Assembly: GCA_964428505.1 (NCBI GenBank)
Contig: CAYRYQ010000001.1
Coordinates: 34,446-98,445 of the forward strand
Length of the DNA stretch: 64,000 nt
From: an uncultured Eubacteriales bacterium
GTDB lineage: Bacteria > Bacillota > Clostridia > Oscillospirales > QAKW01
Direction of reading: 5' to 3'
The notes under the pieces were generated by a model, which was not told the DNA's origin, ran no database searches, and worked only from the letters and a program-made list of their open reading frames with translations. The translations under genes and the position numbers were made by a program. Of this stretch, positions 46,223 through 57,342 are shown piece by piece (position 1 is the stretch's first letter; each line of letters opens with the position of its first letter).

Positions 46223-48712
46223 ATGTCAAAATCAGAACATATCGATACCGTTTCCTATGAAAACCAGACCATCGTTCCGGTGGATCTGGAAAAGGAAATG
46301 AAAACGTCCTATATTGATTATGCCATGTCGGTGATCGTAGGGCGGGCATTGCCGGATGTGCGGGATGGGCTGAAGCCCGTGCACCGCCGGATTCTTTATG
46401 CCATGTATGAGGATAATTTAACGGCAGACCGGCCGTTTAAAAAATCGGCCACCTGCGTGGGTGATGTTTTGGGTCGCTACCATCCGCACGGGGATGCGTC
46501 GGTTTATGACGCGCTGGTACGCTTAGCACAAAGTTTTTCGATGCGCTATCCGTTGGTAGACGGCCATGGAAACTTTGGTTCCATCGACGGAGATCCGCCG
46601 GCTGCTTATCGGTATACCGAAGCCCGGATGGCCAAGATTTCCAATGAGATGCTGCGGGACATTGAAAAAGAAACGGTCGACTGGGATCCGAACTATGATG
46701 AAACCCGCAAAGAGCCGCATGTCATGCCGGCCCGCTATCCGAACCTGTTGGTGAACGGATCTTCCGGCATTGCCGTAGGCATGGCCACCGATATTCCGCC
46801 GCACAATTTGCGGGAGGTGGTAAGTGGAACCATTGCCTTATTGGAAAATCCGCAGATGGATATTGAAGAGCTGATGGGCTTTATTCAAGGCCCGGATTTC
46901 CCGACCGGCGCGGTGATTATGGGGCGCAGCGGAATTCGTCAGGCCTATCGCACCGGGCGTGGCCGGATCTATGTGCGGGCCAAGGCGGAAATCGAAGAAT
47001 GGCGGGACGGCCGTTATAAAATTGTTGTAACAGAAATTCCTTATATGATCAAAAAATCCGCGCTGATCGAAAAGATCGCCGAGGAAGTAAAGTCTGACCG
47101 GATTCCGGGAATTTTCGATATTCGCGATGAATCGGACAAGGACGGGCTGCGGTTTGTGGTGGAACTAAAAAAAGAAGCCAACCCGCAGGTGGTTTTAAAC
47201 CAGCTCTATAAGTATACCGATATGCAGACAACCTGCTCGGTCATTATGCTGGCGCTGGTTCATAATGAGCCGAAAATTTTAAATTTAAAGCAGATTTTGG
47301 AGCAGTACATCCTGCACCAGAAAGAAGTGATCCGCCGCCGCACCGAATATGAAATAAAGCGGGCAAAGGCCAGAGCGCATATTCTGGAAGGGCTTCTGAA
47401 AGCGATTGATCATATTGATGAGGTGATCGCCATCATCAAAAAGTCGGCCTCCATTGCCGATGCAAAGGGAAAGCTGATCGAACGGTTTGATCTGGACGAT
47501 ATTCAGGCACAGGCGATTGTGGATATGCGGCTGGGTCAGCTTTCCGGCCTGGAACGCGAAAAACTTGAAAAGGAATACCAGGAACTGATGGACAAGATCG
47601 CGGACCTTGAGGATATTCTGGGGAAGGATCATCGGGTTTGCGAGATGATCAAAACGGATTTGCAGGAAATTGCCAAAAAATTTGGCGACGCCCGTCGCAC
47701 GGAGATCGGGCAGGGAGATATCGGGCTGGAGGACGAGGATCTGATCCCGGTGGAGGAAAGCATTTTCACGCTGACCGAAGCGGGATATATCAAACGGCAG
47801 CTGACCAGCGCCTATAAATCCCAGCACCGCGGCGGCCGCGGCGTGACCGGCATGAAGACCAAACAAGAAGATATGGTTAAAAATCTATTTTCTGCTTCCA
47901 CCCATGATACCATTTTGTTTTTCACAACGAAGGGGCGGGTTTACCGTCTGAAGGGATATGAAATTCCGGAAAGCTCTAAAATCGCCAAAGGCACGAATCT
48001 GGTCAATCTGCTGCCTTTGATGAGTGAAGAGAAGGTCAACGCCATGATCCGGGTAGAAACGTTTGAGATGGAAGGCTATTTACTGATGGCAACCCGGAAT
48101 GGAACGGTGAAGAAAACGCCGCTTGCCGATTTTGGCAATATCCGCAAAACCGGGGTCATTGCCATTTTGCTGGATGATGGCGACGATTTAATTGAAGTGA
48201 GCCTGACCGCTGGGAACAATCACGTCTTAATTGCAACCCATGCCGGAAAGGCGATCCGATTTGCAGAGGAAGACGTTCGTCCGACAGGGCGTGTCACCCG
48301 CGGGGTGCGCGGCATTCGGATGGAAGGGGAAGATTATGTCGTCGGGATGTGTATTGAACGGGATGGCGGTTCTCTCCTGACCATTACCGAAAACGGATAT
48401 GGAAAACGGACCGATGTTGGGGAATACCGCCTGCAGGCCCGCGGAGGAAAAGGCATCACCAACTATAATATTACCGATAAGACCGGCAAGGTTGCGGCCA
48501 TTAAAATGGTGGAAGACGGAGAAGATCTGTTGCTGATCACCAGCCTTGGTATTATTATGAGAACAAAAATGGAAGAAATTCCAACACTTGGGCGATCCAC
48601 GCAAGGAGTCCGGGTGGTACGCACGGAAGAAAACGTGCAGGTGATTGATATTGCCCGCGCAGCCAGAGAAGAAGAGGAAGAATTTCCAATAGAAGAAACA
48701 TCAGAACAATAA
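46223..48712 (+). CDS. gyrA: DNA gyrase subunit A
   Basis: 829 aa. [24 protein letters not shown] and the catalytic-Tyr region [10 protein letters not shown]. Acidic C-terminal tail. Confidence 0.98.
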   Translation: MSKSEHIDTVSYENQTIVPVDLEKEMKTSYIDYAMSVIVGRALPDVRDGLKPVHRRILYAMYEDNLTADRPFKKSATCVGDVLGRYHPHGDASVYDALVRLAQSFSMRYPLVDGHGNFGSIDGDPPAAYRYTEARMAKISNEMLRDIEKETVDWDPNYDETRKEPHVMPARYPNLLVNGSSGIAVGMATDIPPHNLREVVSGTIALLENPQMDIEELMGFIQGPDFPTGAVIMGRSGIRQAYRTGRGRIYVRAKAEIEEWRDGRYKIVVTEIPYMIKKSALIEKIAEEVKSDRIPGIFDIRDESDKDGLRFVVELKKEANPQVVLNQLYKYTDMQTTCSVIMLALVHNEPKILNLKQILEQYILHQKEVIRRRTEYEIKRAKARAHILEGLLKAIDHIDEVIAIIKKSASIADAKGKLIERFDLDDIQAQAIVDMRLGQLSGLEREKLEKEYQELMDKIADLEDILGKDHRVCEMIKTDLQEIAKKFGDARRTEIGQGDIGLEDEDLIPVEESIFTLTEAGYIKRQLTSAYKSQHRGGRGVTGMKTKQEDMVKNLFSASTHDTILFFTTKGRVYRLKGYEIPESSKIAKGTNLVNLLPLMSEEKVNAMIRVETFEMEGYLLMATRNGTVKKTPLADFGNIRKTGVIAILLDDGDDLIEVSLTAGNNHVLIATHAGKAIRFAEEDVRPTGRVTRGVRGIRMEGEDYVVGMCIERDGGSLLTITENGYGKRTDVGEYRLQARGGKGITNYNITDKTGKVAAIKMVEDGEDLLLITSLGIIMRTKMEEIPTLGRSTQGVRVVRTEENVQVIDIARAAREEEEEFPIEETSEQ

Positions 48713-48840
48713 CATTTGGCACTATGACTATAAATGTCACAAATTGTGTAAAAAGAACAACATAAAGTCATATCTAATTAACAGTCATTTTGCTATAATT
48801 TTATTATCGATCAATATCTGTTCTAAGGGAGGACAATAAT

Positions 48841-51800
48841 ATGGCAAAGAAGTCTACACGGGTTTTAAGCTTTCTTCTGGCCATACTGATGGTGGCGACG
48901 ATGACTTCGGTGATCGCGTCTGCGCAGTATACTTATGATGAAACGGCTTTTAACAGTGGGTATTATTCTGTTGCATATGACACACTGGTTGGAACAAGCA
49001 ACCAGACCAGGAAGGGTGTCTATATTGTGAATAGTTCCTGGAACTATACGACGGCGAATGCACCGGCCGCAGTATCGTTCTATTTCAGAGGGACCACCGT
49101 AACGGAGAATTACAATCCGGCGCGGCATTTGACCAGCGTGGCTGCCGTGTATACCCAGGCAGCAAACGACGGAATCAAAGTTCCTACCTGCATTCTGACG
49201 GCCGGGACTTATTCCACAGCCATCAAGCTGACGGGGGGCATCGTTCTTCTGGGCGCCAATGCCGGGATCAATCCGAATGTTCCGTCTGCGGATCCCACTG
49301 CGGAATGGGGCCTGAATCCCGCCCGCTATCTGCCCAGCCTGCTGGATTCCAATTCAAAGAACGAAACCCGCTTCTGGCTGCCGGGGGGAAAAGATTTTGA
49401 CGCAAGAAGCGGGTCGGGAAATGTTGCCGATACGATTCAGCTGATCTCGATTACCGCAACGACCAGCGGCACGAAAAACTATGTGATTGACGGGCTCACG
49501 CTGCAGGGCTATGGTGCAGTTATTGCCGACACATCAAGCGGCGCGGGGATTCATAACGTATATGTTCAGAACTGTATTATGAACAACGGCTATTCCCAAG
49601 ACTGTGAAATGCTGCGGTTCTGGGGCCGCGGCTCCGGCAATACCTGCCAGAAGAAGCTCTACTTGGCAAACAGCTATATCACCGGTCAAAAAAATCTTGC
49701 GCTTTATTCGGGTCACGCCAGTGCCATCCGGATCAAGGGCATCTCCTATCAACAGAGTGACTGTGGCGCGTTTTATAACACCAATACTCTGCAGTGGCAG
49801 GGCTTTTCCTTTGAGTTGAAGGATTCCCACTTCTGGAATCCGGATGGCTTTTCCATGTGCACCCGGTATCCGACCGACACAGGCCGCGGGATTCAAATTC
49901 AGCTGCAGCACACAGCGCAGTCTCAGGCGATGACGGGAACCAATAATGAACCGTTCCGGTATAATATTTCCAATAATACCTTCTATAATGCCACGGCGAT
50001 GAGGCAGGTGACCGGAACGCAAACCTATCAGCAGTTGGGAGATCTCTTTGAAATTCCCATGGCCGGAACCAATGAATTAGTGGAGTTTAATAACAACACG
50101 TTCGTTTCCACCTATAACACCGTCAACGGGGCCATCAATCCGCTTCGTATCAAATATCTGTTCATAAAGGGCACCTCCATTATCTCCCATGCATCCACGG
50201 CAGATCTGACTAATAGTAAAGATGGAGACTATGCACTGAACAATACCAATCTGCGAATTTCCGGCAATACGTATATCGGCGCTCAATATCAGGCAGTCCC
50301 CGCGATTGGGGTGAACAACCACAAGGACACGCTGGTTCAGATGACCGGGAACTTATATTTAAATGATTTGTCTGCCACCACAGGAAACATTATTCCCGGG
50401 ACCAATAAAGTCTATGATCAGTGGGTCTGGACTGACGCGGCGATGACTGAAAAATCCTCCGCATTATTTACGGATGATTTTCATGTGTTGTCTTCCGGTA
50501 TCACGGTGAGTGGAACAGCGATGTCTATGAATGTCGGCGCAACCCAATATTCGAGTACACTGGCATTTGAATGTAATCCAAAGAACAGCGTGACGATTTA
50601 TCAATCCAACGCCAATTTTGAAAAAGGGGCCGTTCTTCCCAATTACACCGTTGACAGCACAGCAAGAACATCCTATTATATTGTTTCTCTGCAGTCTATT
50701 GATAAGAGAACAACAAAGGATTATACGCTGATCATTAACCGCGCCCCCAATCCAACCTCTGAACTATATGGGATTGCCCCGGATGCCGCCATGCGGGTGG
50801 AAGGGCAAACCACCACAAGGGATGTTTATTCCTATACGCTGAACTATGATAACCCGAGCTTTCTTTTCACTCCTTCTGTCTCTGCGGGCGCAACCGTCGT
50901 ATTGAAAAATGCGGCAAATGGCGCGGCGATCAATGGGGTGGGGGGCTTGTTCACGGTTCCAATGACGCAAGTCAGCACCGAATACCATTATTATATGGAT
51001 GTTACGGATAGCAACAGCATCACAGAGCGGTATGATTTATATCTGATCCGCAACAAGAGCACGCATACGGATGTTCTTGGTGTCAGCGCAGACAGCATGA
51101 GTGTATCCAGCAATCTTGCCACGAAAACCTGGCGGATTGACTTGCCATCCACCGCAACGTCCCTTGATTTTGATGTTTCTATTTCGGACTTTGCTTCTCT
51201 GGTTTTAAAAGATACTATTTATGGATCTGTTTTAACACGTAATAGCACGGGATATCAAATTAATAATGTTGCGGCTGGCGAAACGACCTATAATATGCTG
51301 GTAACAGCACAGGATGGGGTGACAACGACCAATTGGAAGCTGGTAACATCCCGGCCGAAGAATGCGGCTTGCGAATTGTATGGAATTGATAATACCACGA
51401 CAAACAATGGGATTTATGTGGCCAATGTCAACTACGCCCGGTTCTTCGTATATGCATCCAGTTCCGTTTCCTCAACCTATAAAGTTTATAGCGATGCTGC
51501 TTGCACACAGGAGATTACCAATCCGTATCTAACGCTTACTTCTGCCACAACCAACGTGTGGATAAGGGTTATTGCGGAAGATGGGGTGCACCTTTCCGCA
51601 CCGGCTCAGCTGACCATCAACACGACCGCTGATCTTTCCGGCGGCAACGGCGGAGTGGTGTATAAGCCAATGGTGAGCAACGATTATATCGGCGTGACCG
51701 GGGCAAATGCCTTTAGCAACAGTGCTTCCGAAATCACGGTGAATTTAGATCAGAATACAACCCAGTTTTTCCTGAAAGTGATCGGATACAACGGATATGA

Positions 51801-52569
51801 AGTTCATCTTTATTCCGATGTTAACAAAAAGGTGGAAACCAGCATCGAGCAAATTATTAATTTGGATGCAGGCTATACCAGACTTTATGTGGAAGCAACA
51901 AAGGGCTCCGAGAAGCATGGGTATAACCTGATAATTCGTGCACCGAGAGCATACACCTATTCCGATTCCATTACTGCTTGGGCACAGCAATATGTGCAGG
52001 GCCTGAACAGCAAAGGATATGGCCTCTTGAGGGGCGATGAAAACAGCGCCTTCAGAGGGGATGCCAACCTGACCAGAAATGAGATGGCAACCATCCTGGT
52101 GCGCCTGATGGGGCTGAACAAAGAGATGTTTGCCAATGTGCGGCTCCCGTTCAGCGATTCCATCGCCGATTGGGCTGAGAGCTATGTGAAAGCCGCCTAT
52201 AAAATGGGCCTTGTCAGCGGCTATGCGGTCACGGACACGGCGGGCAATGTTACGGGGTATGTTTTCAACGGAAATAATAATTCCACCCGCAGCGAGTTTA
52301 TCCGCGTATTGATGAACGTGGTTTGCCTGAACGTCTATGGAAAAAATGTAGATGCGTATTATGCGGCAAATAAGGGGAAAATCGACAGCGATTTTAATGC
52401 CCGCGCCTTTTCCGATGCAGGAAACGTGGCAACGTGGGCGATCCCGGGGATCTATACGGCCGTTTCCATGGGGATTATGAACGGAGACGGAAGCGCCATT
52501 AAGCCCGACGATTATATTACCAGAAATGAAGTGGCTGCGGTGCTGTACCGTACGGTTGATGGAAACTAA
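48841..52569 (+). CDS. large cell-surface protein: signal peptide, beta-helix-like region, repeated beta-sandwich modules, three C-terminal SLH domains
   Basis: 1242 aa. Signal peptide MAKKSTRVLSFLLAILMVATMTSVIASA. Recurrent module ends are YTLIINRAPNPTSELYGI, YDLYLIRNKSTHTDVLGV, WKLVTSRPKNAACELYGI and YNLIIRAP. The SLH-like repeats contain LTRNEMATILVRL and ITRNEVAAVLYR. Confidence 0.8.
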   Translation: MAKKSTRVLSFLLAILMVATMTSVIASAQYTYDETAFNSGYYSVAYDTLVGTSNQTRKGVYIVNSSWNYTTANAPAAVSFYFRGTTVTENYNPARHLTSVAAVYTQAANDGIKVPTCILTAGTYSTAIKLTGGIVLLGANAGINPNVPSADPTAEWGLNPARYLPSLLDSNSKNETRFWLPGGKDFDARSGSGNVADTIQLISITATTSGTKNYVIDGLTLQGYGAVIADTSSGAGIHNVYVQNCIMNNGYSQDCEMLRFWGRGSGNTCQKKLYLANSYITGQKNLALYSGHASAIRIKGISYQQSDCGAFYNTNTLQWQGFSFELKDSHFWNPDGFSMCTRYPTDTGRGIQIQLQHTAQSQAMTGTNNEPFRYNISNNTFYNATAMRQVTGTQTYQQLGDLFEIPMAGTNELVEFNNNTFVSTYNTVNGAINPLRIKYLFIKGTSIISHASTADLTNSKDGDYALNNTNLRISGNTYIGAQYQAVPAIGVNNHKDTLVQMTGNLYLNDLSATTGNIIPGTNKVYDQWVWTDAAMTEKSSALFTDDFHVLSSGITVSGTAMSMNVGATQYSSTLAFECNPKNSVTIYQSNANFEKGAVLPNYTVDSTARTSYYIVSLQSIDKRTTKDYTLIINRAPNPTSELYGIAPDAAMRVEGQTTTRDVYSYTLNYDNPSFLFTPSVSAGATVVLKNAANGAAINGVGGLFTVPMTQVSTEYHYYMDVTDSNSITERYDLYLIRNKSTHTDVLGVSADSMSVSSNLATKTWRIDLPSTATSLDFDVSISDFASLVLKDTIYGSVLTRNSTGYQINNVAAGETTYNMLVTAQDGVTTTNWKLVTSRPKNAACELYGIDNTTTNNGIYVANVNYARFFVYASSSVSSTYKVYSDAACTQEITNPYLTLTSATTNVWIRVIAEDGVHLSAPAQLTINTTADLSGGNGGVVYKPMVSNDYIGVTGANAFSNSASEITVNLDQNTTQFFLKVIGYNGYEVHLYSDVNKKVETSIEQIINLDAGYTRLYVEATKGSEKHGYNLIIRAPRAYTYSDSITAWAQQYVQGLNSKGYGLLRGDENSAFRGDANLTRNEMATILVRLMGLNKEMFANVRLPFSDSIADWAESYVKAAYKMGLVSGYAVTDTAGNVTGYVFNGNNNSTRSEFIRVLMNVVCLNVYGKNVDAYYAANKGKIDSDFNARAFSDAGNVATWAIPGIYTAVSMGIMNGDGSAIKPDDYITRNEVAAVLYRTVDGN

Positions 52570-52578
52570 TAAGAAATA

Positions 52579-52615
52579 AGAAACGGCCTTCGCTTTTGCG
52601 AAGGCCGTTTCTTTA
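52579..52615. terminator. rho-independent terminator (convergent genes)
   Basis: agaaacggccttcgc tttt gcgaaggccgtttct, a perfect 15-bp stem. Confidence 0.85.
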
Positions 52616-52704
52616 TAAAAAGTAAAAAACGAAAAATTTTATGGAATAAGGAAGTCTGGAGGTAGGGGGGGATTTGCCCAATGGGCACGATTATGGAATT
52701 CGAT

Positions 52705-54117
52705 TTAAAGCTTCTTTTGTTTTTTAAAAGACGTTCCTGCAAAAAAACGGCGGGTCTCCTGGAAAACCTGACCGCTGAGGCCAAGGAGGCCAATCAGATT
52801 TGGAATAGCCATCAATCCGCAAAAAATATCTGCAAGGCTCCACACCATATCCGTAGAAAGAAAAGAACCGAAAAATAAAAGCAACAAAAAGAGGGCGTGA
52901 AACCACCGGGACCGGTTTTTCCAATGCGGAAACAGGTAACGCAAGCTCTGCTCCCCAAAAAAACTCCAGCCAATTATGGCAGAAAAGGAAAAAAACACCA
53001 AGCAAAGCATGTAAATAAAAGAAAGAAAAGAGGCCGGAATAGGCAGATTTTTCAATGCATATAGGGTGACCTTGGAACCGGGTAAACCGATGTCCTGCCA
53101 CACACCGGTGACCAAAACGGCAAAGCCTGTCAGGGAACACATGAAAATCGTGTCAATAAAAGGGCCCAAAATAGCAATTAGTCCTTGCCGCACCGGGCTG
53201 TCAGTTTCTGCGGTTGCCGCCGCAATGGGATCACTGCCCATGCCGGATTCATTGGTGAAAACGCCGCGCCCAAGACCATAGCGCATGGCTTTTTGTAAAG
53301 TGATTCCGGTCATGGCGCCCAATGCCGCCGTTGGTGCAAAAGCGCTTTTCAAAATCAGCATGGCCGCTTGCGGCAATGCGGGGGCATATAAAAACAGCAG
53401 CCAAAGAACCAAAAATGTGTATAAGCCGCCCATAAAGGGCACTAAAACCGTGGCGACTTTTGCGATGCGGTGAATCCCGCCGGATAGCACCAGACCCACG
53501 ATAAGGGTGGTGAGAATGGCGGCACACATAACCGGCAAAGTGACCGAACCGCCGCTCCAGTTTAAAACGGTGGTTTGTCGCATGGGGTCAAAAAATTCCT
53601 CTGCTGCGGCCACAATGCCGTTGATCTGAGAGGTGGTGCCCATGCTGATCAGGCAAGCCAGCACACAGGAAGCGGCGAAAACGCGGGCCAGCCAAGGTTT
53701 ATGAAGACCCTTTTCCAAATAAAAAAAAGGCCCGCCCAAAAAAGTTTGATCTTTTCCGCGGGTGCGATAGCGCACGGCTAAAAAGCATTCGGCATATTTC
53801 GTGGCCATCCCAAAAACGGCGGAAAGCTGCATCCAAAACAAAGCGCCGGGCCCGCCGGCAGCAATCGCAGTGGCCACGCCAATAATATTTCCTGTTCCAA
53901 GGGTGGCGGCAAGGGAGGTGCATAACGCGGAAAAACCGGAAACATCGCCCTCTGCGTTTTTGGGCTTCTGCAGCACCAGACGAAAAGCCAGCCCCAATTT
54001 GGTAACCGGCAGTCCACGGGTACCGATTGTGAAATAAATGCCGGTGCCTAAAATGAGGGCCAGCATGCCGGGCCCCCAGATCAGATTTGCCAGCTGTTCC
54101 AATGAAAAAAAGTGCAT
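52705..54117 (-). CDS. alanine/glycine:cation symporter (AGCS family)
   Basis: 470 aa. GDVSGFSALCTSLAATLGTGNIIGVATAIAAGGPGALFWM is the AGCS signature region. Confidence 0.9.
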   Translation of the reverse strand: MHFFSLEQLANLIWGPGMLALILGTGIYFTIGTRGLPVTKLGLAFRLVLQKPKNAEGDVSGFSALCTSLAATLGTGNIIGVATAIAAGGPGALFWMQLSAVFGMATKYAECFLAVRYRTRGKDQTFLGGPFFYLEKGLHKPWLARVFAASCVLACLISMGTTSQINGIVAAAEEFFDPMRQTTVLNWSGGSVTLPVMCAAILTTLIVGLVLSGGIHRIAKVATVLVPFMGGLYTFLVLWLLFLYAPALPQAAMLILKSAFAPTAALGAMTGITLQKAMRYGLGRGVFTNESGMGSDPIAAATAETDSPVRQGLIAILGPFIDTIFMCSLTGFAVLVTGVWQDIGLPGSKVTLYALKNLPIPASFLSFIYMLCLVFFSFSAIIGWSFFGEQSLRYLFPHWKNRSRWFHALFLLLLFFGSFLSTDMVWSLADIFCGLMAIPNLIGLLGLSGQVFQETRRFFAGTSFKKQKKL

Positions 54118-54181
54118 AAGGCGGACTCCTTTGCATAAAAAATAGGGCCGTTAGCCACATTAAACGACCCCTTTTTATACA

Positions 54182-54898
54182 TCAAAGATACATGCCGCCG
54201 TTTGGTGCCAGCACCTGACCGGTAACCTGTTCCTGCTCGCCCATAAAAAGAATACAGCGCGCGATGTCCAGCCCGGAGCAAAGACGGCCGGTTGGGATCA
54301 TTTCCCGCAGGCGATCCCGGTCCAGCTGCTCCAGCATGGCGCTTTCCACACATCCGGGCGCCACGCAGTTGACGGTGACACCGGAAGGCGCCACTTCTTT
54401 TGCCAGCGCCTTTGTAAAGCCGATCAGCCCCGCCTTTGCAGCAGAGTAACTGACCTCACAGGAGCCGCCGGTTTGGCCCCACACGGAGGAAATATTGACA
54501 ATCGCGCCTCGATGATCCCTTAACATTTCGGGTAAAATAAGGCGGGTGAGTGCCATGTGGGCCAGCAAATTCTGCTGGAGTGTCTGTTCCATCCCCTGCA
54601 GGGTCTCTTCGGGGAAAGATTGATAATGGGCCACGCCGAAATTATTCACCAAAAAGTGAACCGGGCCGAAGAAGGCGTGCGCCTCTTCCACAAGACGCCG
54701 CCGATCTTCTTCTAAGGTCAGATCGCCGGAAAAGGCTTTCGCTCTGCCGCCCAGAGCGGTAAGATCTTCCAGAAGACGCTGCGCCGCACGGTGATTCTGA
54801 TGATAGGCCAGAGCCACTTGATAGCCGCTACGCACTGCCGTGTAAGCAGTCATGCTGCCAATGGCGCCGGTACCGCCGGTAATTAGTAAATTTTTCAT
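54182..54898 (-). CDS. short-chain dehydrogenase/reductase (FabG-like)
   Basis: TGGTGAIG cofactor motif, NNFG, and catalytic YSAAK. Confidence 0.85.
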   Translation of the reverse strand: MKNLLITGGTGAIGSMTAYTAVRSGYQVALAYHQNHRAAQRLLEDLTALGGRAKAFSGDLTLEEDRRRLVEEAHAFFGPVHFLVNNFGVAHYQSFPEETLQGMEQTLQQNLLAHMALTRLILPEMLRDHRGAIVNISSVWGQTGGSCEVSYSAAKAGLIGFTKALAKEVAPSGVTVNCVAPGCVESAMLEQLDRDRLREMIPTGRLCSGLDIARCILFMGEQEQVTGQVLAPNGGMYL

Positions 54899-55012
54899 CC
54901 ATACGCACTTCCTTTATAAATGTATTCTATCTTATTTTCATTTAGAAGACAAGAAATATTTGCAAAACCAATCCGTTTCCTGTATAGTAAAAGAAAAGGG
55001 AGGGATGTGCTG

Positions 55013-57046
55013 ATGAAAACCCCGCTTTCTCAATGGAAGGGGATCGGGCCCAAACGGATATCGCAGCTGCAGAAGATCGGTGTTTTTGCGGCGGAAGATT
55101 TTTTAGTTTTAGTCCCTCGCCGTTATGAGGATCACGCAAGGATCGTGCCCATCGATCAGCTCAGCGGTCATATGGGAGAGGCGGTGAGTGTGGTGGCAAC
55201 GATTCTGTCTCCTCCGGTGGAAAAAAGGATCTATGGTGGGCGGCTGATCACAGAGGTTTTAGTCGGGGATGACAGCGGAAGAATGACGGTGACTTTTTTC
55301 AATAATCCCTATATCCGATATAAGCTGCAGACCGAGCAGCGCTATCATTTTTACGGACGTATGGATCCGAAGATGCTGCTTCATATGACCGCGCCACAGA
55401 TCACACCGCTTCGGGAAGGAGAAGCGCCTCCCGGCATTTTTCCGGTGTATCCGCTATCGGATGGGCTGACACAAAATTTGCTGCGGCAGTGGACTAAAGA
55501 GGCGTTGCAGCGTTGCAAAACGGCCATGGAAGATCCGCTGCCGGAAGCGCTGCTGAAAAAATATCGGCTGATTTCTTTGGAGCAGGCTTTGAACAAGCTG
55601 CATTTCCCGAAAACAGAAGAAGATATCGTGCAGAGCAGGCGGCGGCTGATCTTTGAGGAGCTGCTGTATTTTCAACTGGGGTTGAAACTTTTTTCTGGGC
55701 GGGACCGCGAAAAGAATTCTTTTCCGGCAGAAAAAAGAGATGTGCGCTTTCAGGCACTGCAGCCGTTTACACCCACAAAAGCCCAGGAACAGGCAGTAGC
55801 GGAGATTCTTGCGGATATGGGAAAGGACTTTGTGATGAACCGTCTGCTCCAGGGAGATGTTGGCAGCGGAAAAACCTATGTGGCGGGAGAGGCGGCGGCA
55901 GCGGCACTGCAGGCCGGCTATCAGGCTGCGATCATGGCGCCGACAGAGCTTCTGGCAAGGCAGCATGCCGCCTATTTTTCCACATTGTTTGAAAAGATGG
56001 GATATCGCACCGGGCTTTTGGTGGGTTCTTTGCGTGCCGGGGAAAAAGAGGAAATTTACAGGGCGCTGGAAGAAGGCACCATTCAATTGGTGATCGGCAC
56101 GCATGCGCTGCTGCAAAAAAAAGTGCAATTTCGCTCTCTGGGGCTGGTCATTGCAGACGAGCAGCATCGTTTTGGCGTGCGCCAGCGCGCGTCCCTTGCG
56201 GAGAAAGGCCATAAACCGCATGTGCTGGTCATGTCCGCCACCCCGATTCCGCGCACCATGGCGCTGATGGTTTGGGGAGACCTGGCTTTATCCGTTTTAG
56301 AGGAAAAGCCTGCAGGCAGGCAGGAGGTAAAAACCTTTTTGGTAGATTCCGGATATCAGGAGCGGATCGATGCTTTTATAGAGCGGCAGCTTGCAGCCGG
56401 CGGTCAAATTTATTTGGTGTGTCCGTTGGTTGAAGAAAGCGAGAACGCGGATTTAAAAAGCGCCGAAACGCTGTTTGCCCGCTTACAGGCACGCTATGGA
56501 GATCGGGTGGAGCTGGTACACGGAAAAATGAATGCGGCAAAAAAAGAAAAGGCCATGGCGCGTTTTTCGGCAGGCAGTGCCGGGATTCTGGTATCAACAA
56601 CAGTCATTGAGGTGGGGATCAATGTGCCTTCTGCAACGGTCATGATGCTGTTGAATGCAGAGCGGTTCGGGCTTTCGCAGCTGCATCAGCTGCGCGGGCG
56701 GGTCGGAAGGGGAACCCGGCAATCTTATTGTATTTTGATCAGCGACAGTAAAAATGAAAAAACGCTGGAACGGTTACACGATTTCTGCAGGACCATAGAT
56801 GGCTTTGCTATTGCGCAAAAAGATCTGGAATTAAGAGGCCCCGGCGACTTTTTCGGCGATCAGCAGCATGGGCTGCCGAAAATGCACTTTGCCGATATGG
56901 CGCGAAATCTGGAGCTGCTGACACTTTCCAACGCTTGTGCGCAGCGGATGCTGCAATATGATCCTTATTTGCAAACAACGCTGAATTCGCCGGTGCGAAA
57001 GCGCGTTGAACAGCTTTTCAAACAAAAGGAGACCATTTTTAATTAG
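55013..57046 (+). CDS. recG: ATP-dependent DNA helicase RecG
   Basis: 677 aa from MKTPLSQWKGIGPKRISQL. Wedge domain, Walker A GDVGSGKT, DEQH box, and TPIPRT motif. Confidence 0.95.
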   Translation: MKTPLSQWKGIGPKRISQLQKIGVFAAEDFLVLVPRRYEDHARIVPIDQLSGHMGEAVSVVATILSPPVEKRIYGGRLITEVLVGDDSGRMTVTFFNNPYIRYKLQTEQRYHFYGRMDPKMLLHMTAPQITPLREGEAPPGIFPVYPLSDGLTQNLLRQWTKEALQRCKTAMEDPLPEALLKKYRLISLEQALNKLHFPKTEEDIVQSRRRLIFEELLYFQLGLKLFSGRDREKNSFPAEKRDVRFQALQPFTPTKAQEQAVAEILADMGKDFVMNRLLQGDVGSGKTYVAGEAAAAALQAGYQAAIMAPTELLARQHAAYFSTLFEKMGYRTGLLVGSLRAGEKEEIYRALEEGTIQLVIGTHALLQKKVQFRSLGLVIADEQHRFGVRQRASLAEKGHKPHVLVMSATPIPRTMALMVWGDLALSVLEEKPAGRQEVKTFLVDSGYQERIDAFIERQLAAGGQIYLVCPLVEESENADLKSAETLFARLQARYGDRVELVHGKMNAAKKEKAMARFSAGSAGILVSTTVIEVGINVPSATVMMLLNAERFGLSQLHQLRGRVGRGTRQSYCILISDSKNEKTLERLHDFCRTIDGFAIAQKDLELRGPGDFFGDQQHGLPKMHFADMARNLELLTLSNACAQRMLQYDPYLQTTLNSPVRKRVEQLFKQKETIFN

Positions 57047-57120
57047 TAAAAGTTACCTGAATTATTCGCTTTTTTTCGCCTAAAATACTAGTGTAAACCT
57101 TAAAAGGAGGTGAAAATGAA

Positions 57121-57303
57121 ATGGATAATTCTACGAAGAGCAACGCGAAAGCGGGTCTGGATAAGATGAAGTTTGAGGTCGCCCGTGAAATCGGGGTGGA
57201 CCTGAAGCAGGGCTATAATGGTGACTTGACTTCCGCTCAGGCCGGTCACGTCGGTGGTCAGATGACCAAGAAGTTGATTGAGAAAGCAGAGCAGAGCCTG
57301 TAA
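57121..57303 (+). CDS. ssp: alpha/beta-type small acid-soluble spore protein
   Basis: 60 aa. KFEVAREIGV...GDLTSAQAGHVGGQMTKKLIE is the SASP signature. AAGGAGGTG RBS. Confidence 0.9.
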   Translation: MDNSTKSNAKAGLDKMKFEVAREIGVDLKQGYNGDLTSAQAGHVGGQMTKKLIEKAEQSL

Positions 57304-57309
57304 GCATAT

Positions 57310-57342
57310 AAAAAGCGGGGGTTTTAAAACCCCCGCTTTTTT
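57310..57342. terminator. bidirectional rho-independent terminator
   Basis: aaaaagcgggggtttt aaaacccccgctttttt, a perfect palindromic stem. Confidence 0.85.

Noticed and set aside
51557-51565. The only perfect DnaA box (TGTGGATAA) seen in the window
   Set aside because: It lies inside the SLH-protein coding region, 10 kb from dnaA. One perfect 9-mer in 64 kb on two strands is about what chance predicts.
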